A stretch of DNA of 63,518 nucleotides, counting the filler, from Choristocarpus tenellus KU-1152 (Eukaryota; Protista; Phaeophyceae): assembly GCA_964200185.2 (NCBI GenBank). It is 10 parts of 10 records of this genome, joined end to end, with 100 filler letters (N's around TTAATTAATTAA, not from the genome) between each part and the next. Parts side by side here need not be neighbours in the genome. Positions count along the whole stretch, not along the records: positions 58,989 to 63,518 come from CAXNAD020014127.1; 9 more parts are not named here. One strand, given 5' to 3'. The position numbers and the translations under genes were made by a program. This document shows, piece after piece, positions 60,567-63,518 of the stretch. Numbering within the stretch: the stretch's first letter is position 1; the number at the start of each line of letters is the position of its first letter. The notes below the pieces were generated by a model that was given only the letters and a program-made list of their open reading frames with translations, made no database searches and had not been told where the DNA came from.

Positions 60567-61025
60567 TTTCTTCGACTTTTTTNNNNNNNNNNCCCCCCCC
60601 CCCCCCCCCCCCCCCTCTTCCTCCTTTCTTTTGAGGGTTTTTGTCAAGCCCTTCAAGACACCCCCTTTTTTTTTTTTTTTTTTTTTCATTTTTTTCATTT
60701 TTTTCACTGTCATACAATCCCACCGACCTCTTTTTTTTCTTCCTCCAGTGAAGATGCAAAGGATACCCGTACTTCTCTGATTGCACTCCTCACAGCTTCC
60801 GCAGCTTCCCCAGAGACAGGGCCGGCCTCACTTGCAGCAGAGACCAGCTCCTCCAGGGCCTCCCGGGGCACGCTTCCTGGCTCCATGGCACGCAGACAGG
60901 CTTCTGTGGCCGTCGCCAGAGCAGCCGCAGCATCGTCCGATATATCGCAGGGATAGAAGGTTGCCCCCACCTATCGGGCGTTCGTGGATTGTGAAAGGGA
61001 TTCTGTTTAGTGCAGATAAGAGTAG

Positions 61026-61098
<73 letters not shown>

Positions 61099-63020
61099 GT
61101 ATTCATATTTAGACCGACAGAAGGGCGTTCAGGTCGGACTGGGCCAATGGGAAACGAATCAATGCTATATTCGACCAATGAGAGACATCGAAATCATCCT
61201 TTCGAAGACAGTGAAGGGTCAGATCGTACTGATTGCACCACCCGGAATGATAACCCTAACCCTAACCCTAATATATATATATATTTTTTTCTCTTCTCGA
61301 TAAACTGTCTTTTTTTTTCTTCTCACAACTAACACGGCCCCTGAAAGTATATATAGATCAGCGAATCTCTTCAACAGTCACTTCAACTTCAACTTCAACC
61401 AATATATACACAAATAGCAAATCTACAGCACTCACATTCATCACCTCTTTAGAACCTAACCCTAACCCTAACATCTTTAAAGAACCCCCCACCCCCCACC
61501 ATAAAAGAAAGTTCTCCTCCCCCCCCTGGTCAAAATTAACCAATTCAAATCAAAAACAAAGCACACACACACACACACACACTATTGTTCTCACACCACA
61601 CCATATCATTTTAACTACTGTCATCACACACGCCATTGGACCAGGCAAAGTGGAAGCTTGCCTGAGGCAGCACAGCCAGATCCTCTGCCCCCAGGAGCTT
61701 TTCTGCCAGGGCGTCCCTAACCCTAATCCTTGCCATCACCGAGGGGTTTCCCCCCAAGAGGATATCCGTTCCTAATTAATAAAAAAGAGCGTGGTGGGTT
61801 GTAGAAAAAGATAAAAAAGATTGAAGAAGAAAAAGATTGAATAAAAATAATAATAATAAGAAAAAGAAGATTGAAGAAAAATAATAATAAGAAAAAGATT
61901 GAAGAAGAATAGAAAACGATGATGTACTGTAGTTAGTACAGTATATGCATGTGTGGATATACTGTAGTGTCTTTGGTTCAAGGTGATCGATCTCACACAC
62001 AAAGAGTGGCAGGGCAGTAGCAGTCCCTGTGTGTTCTATATGAAGTGTTCAAAAATGAAAATAATAAAAAGAAGCTAATGATCTTCTCACTCACTCCAAA
62101 CAACATCTACCGTAAGATTTGAAGTTTTTTTTTTAAAAGACCAAACAAAAATATAAAAAAAGCATAATTTTTTTCTTGTAAACAATATCATTATTATTCT
62201 TATTAACGCTCTTCTCTTGCACTCGTGTAATGAGAACATTAAAAAAAAACAACGTAAAAGAACTATTAGAAATAATGTAGCAACTGCTCCCCAGTAATTG
62301 GAACCATGTAAGATGTAGCACAATAAAAAATCTAATAACATAACTAATAGAACATTTGCTACTACTAACCCTAACAATAATACTAACCCTGACACTAATA
62401 CTAATAATAAGATACTGTATCGAGCAGAGGAATGGTGTGTGTGTAGTGGGCATCACCTCTTCCGGCCATGTTGGTGGCAACAGTGACCACCCCCAGTCTC
62501 CCTGCCTGACCAACAATCTCACTTTCACGTTCCACAAGATCTGGATTAGCATTCAAGATCTAAGAAAAAAAATAAAGGAACAAAAACAAGGGAAGGGGGG
62601 GGGGTTGAATAGAGTGCTAAAGTTTCTGCCCTAATTTCAAAAGGTGACCTTTGAAACCAATGGGTCATTGACAGCTCTCACCTACACACTATTGTACTAT
62701 TATACTCTACACTACTATACTATAATATACACTACAATGCTATACACCATTATACTCTACACTACTATACTATACACCACTATAATATGCACTACTATGC
62801 TATACACCATTATACTCTACACTACTATACTATACACTACTATGCTATACACCATTATAATATACACTACTATCAACACAAAAATAAATAAAACAAAAGT
62901 GAGCAATGGATGGACTCTTGCCTGGCAAGGTACTCCTCTCTTCTCCAGTTCAATGGCAGTCAGGTCAGACATGGCCACATTGGTGGTCCCAATCAGCACA
63001 GGCCTCCCATCCTTGTGCAG
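59466..63020 (-). CDS. secA: Nuclear-encoded preprotein translocase SecA (probably plastid-targeted), internal exons
   Basis: Exons 63020-62922, 62559-62457, 61771-61662, 60970-60728, 59611-59466. Motifs: [92 protein letters not shown]. Confidence 0.95.
60292..60508. repeat. 22-bp intronic minisatellite (CTGTCAAGACTATCAAGGCTGT) decaying into 9-12 bp subunits
   Basis: Directly visible; about six near-perfect units. Confidence 0.95.
62682..62875. repeat. Degenerate 15-bp intronic tandem repeat (TATACTCTACACTAC / TATGCTATACACCAT)
   Basis: Directly visible; explains the spurious YTTIL-repeat ORF. Confidence 0.9.
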
Positions 63021-63518
63021 CTTTACCAATCATAGTCAATCGTTATCAATTGTTGGCAATCATTATCGATCATTGTCAATTATTGTCAAATCATTTATCA
63101 ATCATTGTTATCAATTGAAGCCAATCGATGTCCAATCAAGAGCACACAGAAATGGCAATTGACACACCAGTGAAGGTACTGAGGAATATGAGACTTTTTT
63201 TTATGGAGATGCTATTTTTCATTTTTATGTTTTTTTTTTTATTTATTATTTTTTTTTATTTTTGAACTATGCATGCGCCTGACAAGAAAGTGTCGAGATC
63301 CATCGCATACGGTACTACGAAGTAACCCTAACCCTAACCCATGCACATACATGGAAAAAATCGTCCAATCGGAAACGAGACTCTTGTATCTCTATATTTA
63401 TTTATTTATATTTATATCTCTATGTTAATCTAATATTTTCCCTCATAAAAGTGAAAACAAGATCCATCAGTTACTCTGAAGACTCTATCGTACCTGTCAA
63501 AAATTAGTGTAGGGGGGG

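Noticed and set aside
60255-63162. Long ORFs 60255-60956, 60781-61332 and 62644-63162
   Set aside because: Products of minisatellites, homopolymers and the antisense strand of secA exons.

Overview
This is eukaryotic, intron-rich nuclear DNA from a photosynthetic stramenopile (ochrophyte). The aureochrome supports that placement; spliced secA, TTAGGG repeats and the retroelement type suggest a brown alga or close relative (inference). The window is NOT one locus. It is ten separate contigs joined by artificial 100-bp spacers (44 N + TTAATTAATTAA + 44 N), so gene neighbourhoods across spacers carry no meaning. Genes reconstructed by hand: (1) a complete aureochrome (bZIP-LOV) whose LOV domain keeps the photoactive Cys but has Met in place of the signalling Gln; (2) a class I histone deacetylase cut by the contig end; (3) a GH2/LacZ-like gene that appears to stop after its N-terminal sugar-binding domain; (4) part of a nuclear-encoded SecA; (5) an ARM-repeat gene, an ankyrin-like last exon, an SLC35D-like last exon and several uncharacterised multi-exon genes. 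Mobile DNA: about eight 5'-truncated copies of a CRE-like (RLE-type) non-LTR retrotransposon, mostly just upstream of gene starts; a MITE family, with one copy nested in that retroelement; a decayed intron-containing Sola-like transposase; and hAT-like non-autonomous elements. The best leads are the Gln-less aureochrome, the promoter-associated retroelement tails, an apparent excess of GC-AG introns and the catalytic-domain-less GH2. I found no CRISPR array or RNA gene, and no multi-gene novel system can be claimed from these fragments.
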